A DNA stretch of 64,000 bases from Eledone cirrhosa (taxonomy: Eukaryota): NCBI GenBank assembly GCA_964016885.1, contig OZ024742.1:268894001-268958000 (forward strand), given 5' to 3'. This document shows positions 1-12,682 of the stretch, piece after piece. The translations under genes were made by a program, and so were the position numbers. Below the pieces are notes generated by a model that was given only the letters and a program-made list of their open reading frames with translations, searched no databases and had not been told where the DNA came from. Each line of letters starts with the position of its first letter. Position 1 is the stretch's first letter.

Positions 1-229
1 TAGCTGAAAGGTAAGAATCAAGTGGAATAATGTTTTGCGACATTGTCAAATGTACAACCGTACAAAAGCAAGCTATATATCCATTGAAATATAGGTAGAC
101 CAAATAATTTGGTGGGGTTGTATATCAGAGAATTGTTTTCCTTGTGATTCACGTCTAGCCTACAAAGTGAAGTTAGATGATTGTAGTCGGTTTTGTATCA
201 ATAAAAAATAAAAGCATACGGAAGAATGA

Positions 230-407
230 ACACTTTCGAATTAAGTGATAATCACGTTGATATTCCTATCGGAGCAACATGTGCCGAAAAATCTACGCGT
301 CGAGTTTTTATATATGTGTCAAGTTTTATGAAAATCGGATGAATGGTGTAGCCTGCAAGTTCGGGACACCAAAAAAACAAACAACGCCCAACTTCACTTT
401 ATATATA
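230..407 (+). mobile_element. possible 3' end of a Helitron-like (Lep1/HINE-type) non-autonomous element
   Basis: Motif tgtgtcaagttttatgaaaatcggatgaatgg...caaacaac...ctttatatata resembles the 3' modules of the element at 45152-46974; boundaries uncertain. Confidence 0.3.
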
Positions 408-1295
408 ATTCTCGCTAATTTATATTTGTATTAATCTCCAGGGTCTAGCTATTGACCAGTTAATTTTCTTGATTTTTTTAGTTAATTCTACTGACTGATT
501 AATTTTACAAACCATTCTGTTTAGAGCTTAGTTCGTTTTGTGATATTTTGCAATTTTGCAATAACACACATACTGAATTCATCAGCCAAAACTAAGGGTT
601 GCCCCCGTTATCAAGCCCCACGAGAGTTTTTATAACGGTCAGTCCTTGGCTTGGCACTGAACTAAAAGCCTGTTGAAAAAGTGACATCCTTGTTCGATCA
701 TCATACGAAAAGCTTAACATTATTTGTCTAAGCAGACAGTACTTGATTTAGGAGTTGCAGAAACCCAATACTGGATATTACCAACCTTTCAGGGATCCGG
801 GTATAATTTTCAATCATATTTTATTTGTTTGACCCGAATTACTTGGTCGTTTCTATGGCTGTGCCGATAATGGTTTAACCATCATCACAGTGTGTTTGGC
901 CTTTTAACTTATGTTGTTGCTCTAGTTCACTAACTTCTATGGAGCGCTTGCCACACATCTCGGAAGTTGTTTTTCGCTAATTTCCAATAGCCGAAATACG
1001 ATTCTCGCTAATTTATATATATATATATATAACCTCTCTATTGACTATTATGACCCTCTAAATCTGATATAGGACGCATAGTTAAGCACATTGGCAATAC
1101 CGGAGAGACAATCAACTGGTTTACTAATTTAGAAAATAAACCCACTTATAATTTCATGAAATTTGACATAGATGACTATTATTCATTAATTCCTCATTTC
1201 CTTCTCACTAAGACCCTCATATTCAAGACGCGCAATTCCAAATTAACTAGAAATGAAGTCAATATAATTTTACCTGCTAGACGTTCGATCATAAT

Positions 1296-1482
1296 TGTTT
1301 CTAATTTTGGCACAAGGCCAGCAATTACACATTACATTACTGGTACTTTATTTTAGCGGCCTCGTAAGGATGACAGGCAAATTTAACTTCGGCGGGATTT
1401 GAACTCAGATCATAAAGGGACGTAACTCTATGCTTCAAAGCATGGTGTCCGACTCTCTACCGATACTGTCAATCAACCGCCC
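1296..1482 (-). mobile_element. tRNA-derived SINE (main family in window) with 12-bp TSD
   Basis: Minus strand has A-box-like TGACAGTATCGG and B-box-like GAGTTCAAATCCC; ttcgatcataat is duplicated at 1284-1295 and 1483-1494; five more copies in the window. Confidence 0.88.
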
Positions 1483-3375
1483 TTCGATCATAATGTTTGA
1501 CAATGAGTACTGTATATGTAAGGATAGACAAAATGACTTTAATATAACTATGGGGTTTGAGTGACTCGGGCTCAAGTTACAGAACTTGTAGGTACTTATT
1601 TCATTGACATGTTACTTCTAGAATTCCCTTTACTTCAACGAAGGAATGTATAGAGATGAAGCGCTCCAACTCGATAACAACTTCAACAGTCAACAACTAG
1701 ACAAAAGGAAAGCTGTTAAACCCTTCTTTCAACGCATGGTCCTTCAAATATCTTTTGACCATAAGCATAAACGCATCAACTTTTTAGATGTAACTTTCGA
1801 CCTTAACTCCGGCATATATGAACCCTTCCATTAATCTAATGTTAACTCAAACTATGTTAATCGTAACTATCCTAGGACTAACACTAGCTCCATAGTAAAA
1901 AAAAGTATCCCTTAAGATCTCCAGATTGTCTGTCTCCTAATGCTCTTTCAATACACACGTGGGTTACTATAATGCTGCTCTACTGAAGCCCGGTTATGAT
2001 GAACCACTAACATTTCTTCCGGATACGCCACGCGGGGAAGGTCCAAACACCCAATAGGACAACATCACAAGCATGCCACACAAAATGTTCAAATTTAAAT
2101 ACTGACGATTCAAGGCCCCACGGCGGGGAGAGAAATAATAATACTGCAAATAAGAAAGCACCAAGGAAGTCCTGCACAATATCATTCCTATAGTAAAAGG
2201 ATCTGGTAACAACTAAGCTATCCTATTTCTGCTTGAAACTTATAGACGAACATTTTACCCCAACTCAAAAATTCTACAGAATACTAAATAGAGACATAGT
2301 CGGACTATCCTATTCCACTACAGCTAATCTAGGCAATTTCATCATAAAATTGAATACCAAACACCTCCGCAGATAGGGAAATAGAAGTAGCCAACGGAAA
2401 ACCTGAACAACATCCGCAACCTCAGACACTAAGCAGACTGTCACCCTCAAATAGTAACGTCTCTTCCACTTTACGGACATATCCGAAGCAACAACAAAAT
2501 ATCCGGAATAGCACATCCAGCACTGGCACCATGGAGGTAACCACAAACTATACACGGACAAACTGCAAGTGAATAAATCATAGCAATTGGTAAATGCTTA
2601 TACAAAAATATTATTTATCAATTTGTGGTGAAATCTAAACTGGGGATATATAAATATGTGGGTTCGAATTTGAATATTTTCAAGAAAACATTGTATGTGC
2701 ACAAACACATTTAAAAACGCCAGTTTAGCTACATCTATGGCCCTGGCTAAATAAATCTGGGATCTGAAACGCGCTAATATTCAACATACACTACAATGGT
2801 CCGTGCTAAAATTCGCCCGTCCATACCGGAATGAAAGATGCCCCTGTGAAATATATTTAAGGGAAGTTTTTGAAATAGTGACCGGAAAGGACCTTCTAAT
2901 TCCCCGGCACGATAGGATATTTAATTGCAAACACAAGGTTCTAAAAACCTTCGCTAAATATAAGTGAACTAGAACGAGATACGATCCCTAATACCTAGGT
3001 CTTACTATATATTATTTGCTACATTTCCTGTGGTATTTGAACTTTTCACACCCAATGGATTCAGTAATATTCAAAACAGACCCATTTTCTTAATTCCTTT
3101 CCTCCTTACCCATTCTCGCCTACCTTATCGTTCTCTACCCCCAGATATGGTGGACATCAAAACCTTCCCCTATAACGATGGTCAAATAATAATTGTTCCC
3201 CATAACAGCACACTGATTGATAGTGTGACACTATTTACACCCACAGCTGCTCCGCTCTTCTATGACACAAACTTATTGTATTTCATATTTTAAACTTTTT
3301 ACACTTCCTTTAAACAAAACTCTCATTTCTGAATTTTACCACGTAGTGAACAGTTGAATTCCACTACTATAGACG

Positions 3376-3471
3376 TTCTGATGAAGTGTAATAAATAATT
3401 AAGTATTGCATATAATTGAACAATAAGTCAGCATATGTAGAGAATTTAATATCGACAAAGAAACATGTCAA
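3376..3471 (+). ncRNA. degenerate hammerhead-like motif in PLE 3' region
   Basis: CTGATGA at 3378-3384 and GAAA-CATG-TC at 3460-3469 (palindromic stem III); stem I only 2 bp and ~75-nt stem II region poorly paired. Confidence 0.35.
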
Positions 3472-4100
3472 AGCAAATAAATTAATAATGTCTTCAGGTC
3501 GACGTTTTATTTTTCTTGTTGCAATACTTATATATATACATAAATTAATAAAAACAATGAATAAAAACATAAAACAAGTTCCTAATATTTAAAAAAATCA
3601 TCATTTTACGATCGTCTCTAGGATATATATGTTTGTTGGTATGTATATCATATAGATCTATGTAAACATTTTACAAACTATCGGAGGAAATATACATACC
3701 TTCACATATATAGGCTGTCTTCAGAAATATATATATATATATATATTGGTAAACGGAATAGAAAATGCTGACAAATTGTTCACAGTTGAAAAATGGTTTA
3801 ATTAGGAATAAAAGAGTATTAGTGATTGTATGGGTTAGTATTCAGTTGTGGTTCTAAGTTTTTAAGTTTTTACCGGTTGCGCATTTCTAAATGCTTTTCA
3901 AAAATAATTTTGAGATAGAGTGTCCGTGTTGTTTGCTCTGATCTGATTAGTTTTGGGAATTCTACCTGTTTTTATGTTAAAAAAGTGGCTCCAGCGCTAC
4001 TTAGGTGTTGAACAAATTCTTGTGGTCAAAACAATTTTGATTGGTCGGTAGAGATCATGTGAATGTAAACAATTGATTTTGCGCCAAGACTGTTTTTATG

Positions 4101-4694
4101 TTAAAAAAGTGGCTCCAGTGCTACTTGGTGTTTGCAAAAATTCTTGTGGTCTTGTGGAGAGGTGTTTAGACGGGGTCCGTATTTGTTAATGAAGTAAGAT
4201 TCCTTGCTGATGCGCTGGGTGTGGGTGGCATTATCTTTAAATTTGTAGAGGGGAAAGATTCTGAAGTTGGGATGATTTTGGGCGGCACAGGTATCAATGT
4301 GTTCACTCAGTGGTATTTTCCTGTATTCCCGTATTTTAATTTGGGATCTATGGACAGTCATGCGTTGGCGGAGGCTGTTTTTGGTCTGGCCTATGTATTG
4401 TTCTCGACAACCTGAGCAAGTTAATACATATATTAGATTTTCCGATGCACATGTGAAATTGTGTTTTACTATAAAACGTTGTCCTTCTTTGAAATAGAAT
4501 TCCGAACCCTCTATTAGGTTGATGCAAATGCCACAGTTGGGTCTATCGCATTTTTCTACTGTGGGTTTTGTTGTTGTGGTTGGCAGTACTTTGGCATGTG
4601 TTAGGATGTTTTTCATTGACTTGGATTGTCTTTTGCTCTTTATGATATCGTGTGTTCGTAGGATTTGGTTCATTCTATGGTCCTTTTTCAACAC
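4101..4694 (-). pseudogene. PLE GIY-YIG endonuclease domain with Cys-rich linker
   Basis: KCDRPNCGIC...NLIYVLTCSGCREQYIGQTKNSLRQRMTVH...ESYFI...RLN; separated from RT by frameshifts. Confidence 0.9.
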
Positions 4695-4885
4695 AGGGAT
4701 GTTCTGGAGGATGGTGTCAAAGGCCTCATTGTTGAGGGGGTTGTGTGTGGAGATGTATGGAAGAGCTTTTAGTTTCGGTTGATTTACTTTAGGGTGTCTA
4801 GGGTCCTGGGTACTGAGTTTTAGGGCACGTTGGATTCCATTGTCAATTAGTGATGCAGGGTAGTCCCCGCCTATGAGTGTGTCCT

Positions 4886-6400
4886 TTAGTTCTTGTAGCC
4901 GTAAGTAACAGGTGTTTTTTTATTGGAGACTATAGTACAGATTATCTTGGCTAAGTTGTAGGGAATATTAATTTTAACGTGTCTAGGGTGGCAAGAGTTG
5001 AAAGGGAAATATTGCTTGGAGTCTGTGGGCTTGTAGTATATGTCTGTTTCGATTTTTTTGTTATGGATCTTAATGAGGATGTCGAGGAAGGGGAGTTGTT
5101 GATGTCTGTATTCCATCGTGAAGTTAATATTCGTGTTGAGCCCATTTATAAGGGTGTGAAATTCTTTAAGTTTTTTTATGTTTTCGTGCCAAAGGATGAA
5201 GCACTCATCTAGATATCACTTCCAGTTCCTTTCAATGTGTAAGTGGAGGGTGTTTCCAAATTTGTTTAGGACTTTAGTGTAGAGGGTGATTTCCAGGTAT
5301 CCAATGACTAGGTTGGCATAAGTGGGGGCTGTTTTCGTTCCCATAGCGGTCCCAGATTTCTGCCTGTAGGCTTTGTTATTGAAAACGAAGTAATTGTTCT
5401 CCAAGATAAATTTGAGTCCCTCTATCACGAATTCTTTTTTGATGCGTTGTGGGAGTTCATTGTGGAAATTATCCAGCCAGAATTGGCTAGTTTCTATTCC
5501 TAGGTTGTGGGGATGTTGGAGTATAGGTTGACTACATCGAACGTCACTAGTAGGGTTTATTCAGAAAGTGGCATATTAGGGAGGTGATTGAGCATATCTA
5601 GGTCGTCCCTTATATAGCTTTTGATGTGTTTGAGGAAGGGTTTGAGAAGGGTATCAATGAAGTTGCTAAGGCGGTGGGTTTCGCAAGCGGGGCCTGCTAT
5701 TATAGGTCTTAATTTGAGATCATTGGGTGAGGTGACATTGATGACTATGTCTGTGGCTTCCTTGCATGCCTTACTTATTGATTCGCTTTTATGTACTTTA
5801 GGGATACCGTAGAAAAGGCTGGATTTACTTGTGAAGTCTGTGATGAAGGTGAATTCCTTGTTAGTGAGTCCTTCTTTGTATTGGTTGATTAGAGTTTTTA
5901 GGTTTCTCATCATTTTCTGTTGATTGTAGTGTTCAGCCTTTTCGTAGTATGTTTCGTTTTCCAAAGTGGAGAGCGCTAAGTTGATATAGAATTCTGTCTC
6001 CATTATCAGCCTCTTTAATTGTAATGGTTCTGTCGGTTTTTAATCTATTTAATTCTTTCCATTCTTTCTTGTTGAGGTTTGGCTTGTGTTTTTGTCTGTG
6101 CAAGTGTTGGTAAGGGAAGTTTGTGATGTGTTCACAGAATTCGTCCAGGATTTTATTTTACCTTTTGAAGGGGTGAAATTGCTTCTATTTCTGGCTAATG
6201 ATTCATCCTCATTGTACTGGTCGAATAGTTGTTCACTAAGTCGTAACTTTCTACAGAAGTCTGTGATGTCTTCCTTCATTTCATAGTAGTTAGAACGTAG
6301 TGGGGTCGGTGTGAATTTAAGACCTTTGGAGAGTAAGTTGATAAGGTTAGGTGTTGGTTCTGCACTAGTAAGATTGATAATTTTTATTACTATTGGTTTC
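4886..6400 (-). pseudogene. PLE reverse transcriptase, disrupted
   Basis: FYGIPKVHK, LRPIIAGP, LVTFDVVNLYSN, QKSGTAMGTKTAPTYANL, WK*YLDECF (YxDD degraded), LPFLDILI...IYYKPTDSKQY; stops and frameshifts. Confidence 0.9.
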
Positions 6401-7202
6401 TCCTCCCTGTCTTGTGTTATTTTGTTTGCCTGTATCTGTGTGCTGTGTCTAAAAAATGGTTGGGGTAGAGGGGTTGTCTGCTGATGTTAAGTGGTCTCCT
6501 GTGTTTGTTATATTCCTTGTTTTTATAAAATGTGGTTCGGGTTGGTGGTTGTAGATTGAATGGGGTGTTCCTGTACTGCGAGTATGGGTGTGTGTTTCTA
6601 TGTGCCATGTTGTATTGTGGTGTTCTAAGTGGCCTACGTTGTTGGTTGTATCGTGTGGTGTGGGTTTGTTGTGTATTGTGGAAGCGAGAGTTGAGAAAAT
6701 GGTAATTACCTTGCTGTCCCCTTGAAGCGGGGAAGTTGTTACATCTATCATGGTGGTGGTATCTTTTCCCTATGTTTGACGATGAGGCATCCGCGTAGTA
6801 GTTGAGTGATTTGGTATGGTGTCTCCTTGAAGGGTGAAAGTTGTAAATGTCATTCTGGGGGAGATGATTTCTTGGGTTTTTGTTCCTTCTTATGGTAGCG
6901 AGGTTGGGAAGTCCATCTTCGGTGTGGTGCTTCCTTCTTCGTTTGTTAGAGGCTTGGGGGTTTGAGAAGTTGTTGTGCGGTTCAGTTATGGGTTTTCCTA
7001 TTTTTATGAACGGGTTATTGGAGGTGTAATCCGTTTGAAAAGTCGATTCATAGTGTAGGAACCAAGCGGCACATTTTTCCCAGCGTTGAAGGGATTTCAG
7101 TTCATCTCTGTTGCAGTCCTCTTTCCATAATTTGTAGATCTTCTCTACATTGGGGCCTTCAGTTTTGTTGTTGATTTCCAGGAGGATCTCTTCATCGATG
7201 GT

Positions 7203-7782
7203 TTAGATTTTTTCCTCATTTGTCTGGGCCCTCAGTTTAAGAAGTTCAATTTCTGTCTTCATTTTTTCCAATGCCATTCTTTCCCTAAGGTGTCTTTGAG
7301 GTTCGGGTTCATTTGGAATGAACTTTATTTGTAGTTTACGGGGGATAGTTAGAGGGGTTGAGTTAAGCCATTTTTCATATATCTCTGCTATGTTGTGATT
7401 TTGTATCATCTTCCAGAATGAGAACTTTCTGTCTCTGAGGGATTTGTTCCATTTTGGAATTGTTCGAATTTTCATTTTGTATGAATCAATCTCACATGGT
7501 TCTTCGTTGGTTTTTTCCTGGGTTGGTAGTAGTGAACATAGTTTGGATAGTATCGCAAAGGTTTTGGAGTTTGTCGCCGATTTCGGAGGGTTTGTATCCG
7601 GTGGCGGTTTCCTTATTTGTGGAGTCAAGTTTGTCGACCAGCAAAGATAGGTTGGTGTTGATTTTCTTGAGTTCCTGTAGGATCTCTTCATTTGAGTTGA
7701 TGAGGGTTGTATCCGTTTTTGTTGGCATTTTCTGTATCTCGTGTGAGGATATGATAGTTAAAAGAATAGAGGTGTAACACAC
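7203..7782 (-). pseudogene. N-terminal (coiled-coil-like) part of the PLE ORF, frameshifted
   Basis: Two overlapping minus-strand ORFs directly downstream of the internal pLTR tail and upstream of the RT. Confidence 0.5.
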
Positions 7783-8194
7783 AAGTTATTATATATTGGT
7801 AAACGGAATAGAAAATGCTGACAAATTGTTCACAGTTGAAAAATGGTTTAATTAGGAATAAAAGAGTATTAGTAATTGTATGGGTTAGTATTCAGTTGTG
7901 GTGTTAAGTTTTTAAGTTATTACCGGTTGCGCATTTCAAATGCTTTTCAAAAATAATTTTGAGATAGAGTGTCCGTGTTGTTTGCTCTGACATGATTAGT
8001 TTTGAGAATTCTTGGCGCAAAATCAATTTTTTACATTCACATGATCTCTACCGACCAATCAAAATTGTTTTGACCACAAGAATTTTTGCAACACCAAAGT
8101 AGCGCTGGAGCCACTTTTTTAACCTAAAAACAGGTAGAATTCCCAAAACTAATCAGATCAGAGCAAACAACACGGACACTCTATCTCAAAATTA

Positions 8195-8231
8195 TTTTTG
8201 AAAAGCATTTAGAAATGCGCAACCGGTAAAA
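8195..8231 (+). ncRNA. variant minimal type I hammerhead fold (U3-A8, GCAA)
   Basis: ttt-TTGAAAA-gcattt.ag.aaatgc-GCAA-ccgg-TA-aaa; the same core is on the minus strand at 3868-3904 and 7918-7953. Confidence 0.55.
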
Positions 8232-8392
8232 ACTTAAAAACTTAAAACCACAACTGAATACTAACCCATACAATTACTAATACTCTTTTATTCCTAATTA
8301 AACCATTTTTCAACTGTGAACAATTTGTCAGCATTTTCTATTCCGTTTACCAATATATAATAACTTGTGTGTTACACCTCTATTCTTTTAAC

Positions 8393-8595
<203 letters not shown>

Positions 8596-8660
8596 TCTCC
8601 GTTGATGTCGGGGGATTCCTATCGCTGTGTCTATCACTGTGATAACTTAATATAATAATT

Positions 8661-8863
8661 TGAGATTTAAGCACAAGGCTTACATTTTGGGGAAGGGAAA
8701 ATCGATTAAATCTACCCTGATGCATTACTAGTTCTTTATATGTTCGACTTCGTAAGGATGAAAGGCACAGCTAGCTTCGGCAGGATTTGTACTCAGATCG
8801 TTAAGGGCCGTAACACAATGCCATACGGCATGTTGCCTGACACTGTTCCGACACTGCCAATCC
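8661..8863 (-). mobile_element. tRNA-derived SINE, diverged copy
   Basis: Shares gcacaaggc...cgtaaggatgaaaggca...ggatttgtactcaga...ccgacactgccaat with the other copies. Confidence 0.8.
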
Positions 8864-10997
8864 ATATTTTTTTTGTGATAATTTTGTGGATCATTATAAA
8901 TTTCCGCCTCTCTCGTTATACACATATATCCCAGAAAATACACACTATAATCGTAGAATACTTATTTTGAAATGATACTTCTTTTAAACTTTTGAGTCGC
9001 ACAACATTTAACTGAGTTTCTTCTTTTGTGTATTTGTTTATTTTTCTCGATTGTCTATTTTTTATTTCACTCTCCCTAAAAACAATTCCTAGATTGTATA
9101 ATCAATGTTTAACATCAAAGTATTAGATAAGTAGTTCAATCTCTAACTTTGTTTTGCCATAATTTGTCTGCAGGTGTACTTTCATCTTTGCTCAATATAT
9201 TTTATAAGTTGATGAATTTAAATTCTTGTGTGGCCAAAGATACTCTACTTTTATAGATTTATTTTACTGTAAGCATTGTATTGTGTTTAATGCGTCTGGA
9301 TATTGAATTATGTGCTTCATGTTGATCTATATTTATAATCGTTTAAAAATGTAGGATATTTACAGATTTATAGATATATTTCCTTCACTTCGGCACCTCA
9401 TAGTACAGGTGGTTCCTTCTTCCGTTCGATAAGGTACATTTAGATACATGTTATATCAATATATAGACGGCTAAATATTATTCAGACACGTGCATCTATA
9501 GCGTAATTTTTATGCTGCATCAACATCAACGATTAGACGAAGCTACATTTTGAAATATTGTTATAATCTTATAACTAAATAGTTGCCCGAAGAATCCAAG
9601 CCTCGGTTTGGAGGAAACAATTGTAAGCAAATAAATGTTTTAAACTGAACTTTGATTATTGTAATCTCTATATAATCTTATCAAAATTCTCTTACGAATT
9701 TACCATGCAAATAAATTTACCCACTGGTTTTGGATGATCCATGGTTTTGTGGCAAGTGTTGGAATCCAACTCAGGACCTGATGACAGCTGTCCATAGCCT
9801 CAACGAAGAATTAGCTTTCTCTTTTCAAACATGATGCTGCACTTATACTTTCAATGAATTTGATAATTGAAGAAGTGGCAAGCCTATGAAGGGTCTTTTT
9901 AAAGGTACTACCTCATAAATGAAAAATGTACTATATTTCGGATCTCATGTAAAGTTTATGGTGTATTTAGCTCCAGGTTCTGAATAATAAGCCTCGGATT
10001 TCTGAATGAGGTTTTCTTAGTGCAACATTGATGAGAACGGCAAGAAACAATGATTATTTAGATACTTTCCAACAATTCATCATTTAAACATACCCTCCAA
10101 ATCTCTTTCAAATCACAGTCTTGATATGGAAATAGATTTTACACAAAATGATAATAGACGCAACATATTTCGTATAAAAGGGTTGAAAGTTACAGACAAT
10201 ATAATTTTATCATATGAATGTCTGATAACAGAATAGAATAGTAAATCACATGCTGTATATTTTATTGCAAATCATATTGATAATATGTAAATTAAATTTT
10301 ACTATATATTGAACATAATTGTAACCTCTCGTTTAACTATGTTAAATTCATATCGGTATGTACAGATTATATATTTTAATCGTGTCTGCGTAAATATGGA
10401 TAAAATCTGAGTACATGAACATGCAAATATGTCAAATATAAGAATAATTTCTCTGCTGTATTTAAAAAAAATAATGAATATGTCATATTTATGTTCAAGC
10501 CTATTTAGTGCCTCGTTATTGAATATAATAAATCAAATACTCGCTGGGATACATGTAACTAGTGGCATTATAAAGACTATTAAATGTGATAACAATTACG
10601 ACGTGTCAAATACTATAGTTTTCTTTATAACACTGGTAATATTTTAAGCGTTACTTCATTTCAGAAAATGCCCTGTATCAGCCTTTATATGTTGACCCAT
10701 TGTTAAGAGTCTTTTGTTCATACACTTCCTACAGCGTAGCCTAACCTGCTGCATGTTCTAGTCGAAAGCTTACTCTTTATATATTCGCATGTAATCACAT
10801 TATGTATGTGTTGATTTACTCATAAATCTGCAGATCACTGTGTTTTATCAGGTAGAAGATAGTTTATGTGCCTTTTGTATTTACGTTGTTTTATTGTACC
10901 GGGTTACTTCCTAACAGCTGCTCTTTTGTTAACCATACTACAGTTTTTCATGAAAGAGCTGATGATGTTGTAGAATCCTAGAATTTTCCTTTTCCTA

Positions 10998-11037
<40 letters not shown>

Positions 11038-11042
<5 letters not shown>

Positions 11043-11332
11043 ATACTTTGGGAGGGTCATATTGCCAATAAGAAACACACGCACCAGTTGTTTTCATTTC
11101 AATTTATTATAAATTAAATTTATAAATTTAGGAATTTATAAATGTCCGGTTGGTTGGTTGGTTCCACAACCAGACGATTGTTCATATATTGTCAAAGTTC
11201 TTTCGTCATATATTCTGTGACCTCTTCAGTGACTGGGGATTCTTTTTTTGTTTTTGTGCCAAAGTATAACAATATCGGTTTCAACACACGTTTTCAGATA
11301 AACAATCTTGCTAAAGAAATTCAGAAACGAAA
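11038..11332. mobile_element. PLE pLTR mini-insertion with short inverted end and tail
   Basis: ttgttatactttgg (11038-11051) is inverted at 11259-11272, followed by a tail 11273-11332 homologous to 17210-17270 and 61361-61395; lies between (TA)n tracts. Confidence 0.75.
11191..11233 (-). ncRNA. minimal type I hammerhead ribozyme
   Basis: Minus strand: gtca-CTGAAGA-g-gtca..tgac-GAAA-gaac-TT-tgac; stems I and II 4 bp each. Confidence 0.65.
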
Positions 11333-11358
11333 TATATATATATATATATATATATATT

Positions 11359-12682
11359 TAGTAAAATAACAGATTAAAGTTTAAGCAAAGAATCGCTGCT
11401 TTCACCCTTAATGGGATCTTCTGAAACTAAAAAATCAATCTGTGAACGCAGAAGTAAATATTTCGAAAAACGTTGCAACCGGCGGAAGACTGGAAGACAA
11501 TACTTGGGTTCGTGGAGACGTTCGCTGGCAATGAAGGGATAAAAAGGGAAGATAATACGTCATTATTTGGAGCGGTCAGAACAATTACACGCAAAGACAA
11601 AACCACGTTTATGGTATAAATGAAGTCGTAGACTAATATTATATTTAGGTGGTTCGCGGAGACGTTCCCTGGCAATGAACGAAAAAAAGGAAGATAATAC
11701 GTCATTGTGTGGCGCGCTGAGAACAATTACACGCAAAGACAAACCACGTTTCTGGCATAAAGGTAGTCGTAGACTAAAATTCTATTTAGGAAACCGAATG
11801 ATTCTCGGCTTCAGAGTTAAGAATAATGTAAATAAATTACAGAGGTTATTGAAATATACGTTTATTTAATTATATGTATACACGCACACACACACACATA
11901 TATACATATATTTTTGTTAATATATGTTATGTGTATTTGGTGTATACGTTTGTATGTGTGCGGCTACAGGTGTTGCGCGGGTTTGTGTACGTGTCCGCGA
12001 GTTTTTGAGTACGTGCTTGTGCATGCATATCCATGGCGGGTGTTTTGCGTTTGCATGTGTATGTACGTATATGGATGCGTGCATGTATATATTTAATTAT
12101 TCTTAAGCCGAGAATCATTCGGTTTCCTAAATAGAATTTTAGTCTACCACTTCATTTATACCATAAAAGTGGTTTTGTCTTTCCCTGTAACTGTTCTCAT
12201 CGTTCCATACAATGACGTATTATCTTCCCTTTTTTCCGCGTTCATTGCCAGGGAACGTCTCCACGAACCACCTAAAGTTTTATTTCATCTACTATGATTC
12301 AGACATTGAAGCAATTTCAGATAAAATTCATGGCCATAAATGTGGTTTTGTCTTTGCGTGTAATTGTTCTGACAGATCAAAATAATGATGTATTATCTTC
12401 GCTTTTTTTCCTGTCATTGCCAAGGAACGTCTCCACGAACCAAAGTATCGTCTTCCTGTCTTCCCTCGGTTGCAACGGTTTTTGAAATATTTACTTCTGC
12501 GTTCACAGATTGAGTTTTTTTAGTTTCAGAAGATCCCGTTAAGGGTGAAAGCAGCGATTCTTTGCTTAAACATTAATTTGTTATTTTAATAAATATTTGC
12601 TCTAGGGTTCTTATATATTTGATATATATTTATCCGTATTGAGCCCTCTTAGGATTTTAGTCCTCAAATTTATTATTATTAC
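11359..12682. mobile_element. fold-back element (inverted PLE pLTR-like arms) with internal ~140-bp tandem duplication
   Basis: Arm 11359-~11828 is the reverse complement of ~12095-12590; tail 12590-12682; flanked by (TA)n; HHR-like fold near each outer end. Confidence 0.8.
12523..12571 (+). ncRNA. hammerhead-like fold with CAGAAGA core
   Basis: gttt-CAGAAGA-tccc.gttaa.gggt-GAAA-gca..tgc-TT-aaac; mirror copy on minus strand at 11378-11428. Confidence 0.55.

Larger units (their letters stand above)
1030..3730 (+). mobile_element. decayed Penelope-like element relic (RT and GIY-YIG remnants plus 3' pLTR)
   Basis: Fragments KFDIDDYYSLI...NEVNIILPARRS (1156-1290) and YRDEAL...INFLDVTFDLNSGIYEPFH (1646-1834) align by eye with the PLE ORF at 47848-48854; GIY-YIG-like remnant ~2600-2960; many stops and frameshifts. 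Confidence 0.75.
3747..8392 (-). mobile_element. near full-length Penelope-like element (Neptune-like, tentative) with tandem and inverted pLTRs
   Basis: 3' pLTR 3747-~4085; direct partial pLTR ~7783-8010 upstream of the ORF; inverted pLTR 8011-8392 with tail; RT and GIY-YIG fragments between; flanked by (TA)n on both sides. Confidence 0.92.

Noticed and set aside
5200-5230. In-frame TGA in the PLE RT as possible selenocysteine recoding (known in Naiad PLEs)
   Set aside because: The TGA replaces the Arg of WKRYLDD (CGA to TGA, CpG decay) rather than a Cys; the ORF also has TAA stops and frameshifts
9778-9815. Isolated CTGATGA/CTGAAGA motifs (also ~10959, 25785, 55684)
   Set aside because: No correctly placed GAAA and UH with closing stems
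9100-10100. Very old R4/Dong-like relic on the minus strand (HGKFVRE, QTEAWILRA-like peptides)
   Set aside because: Similarity is too short and too degraded to support by eye
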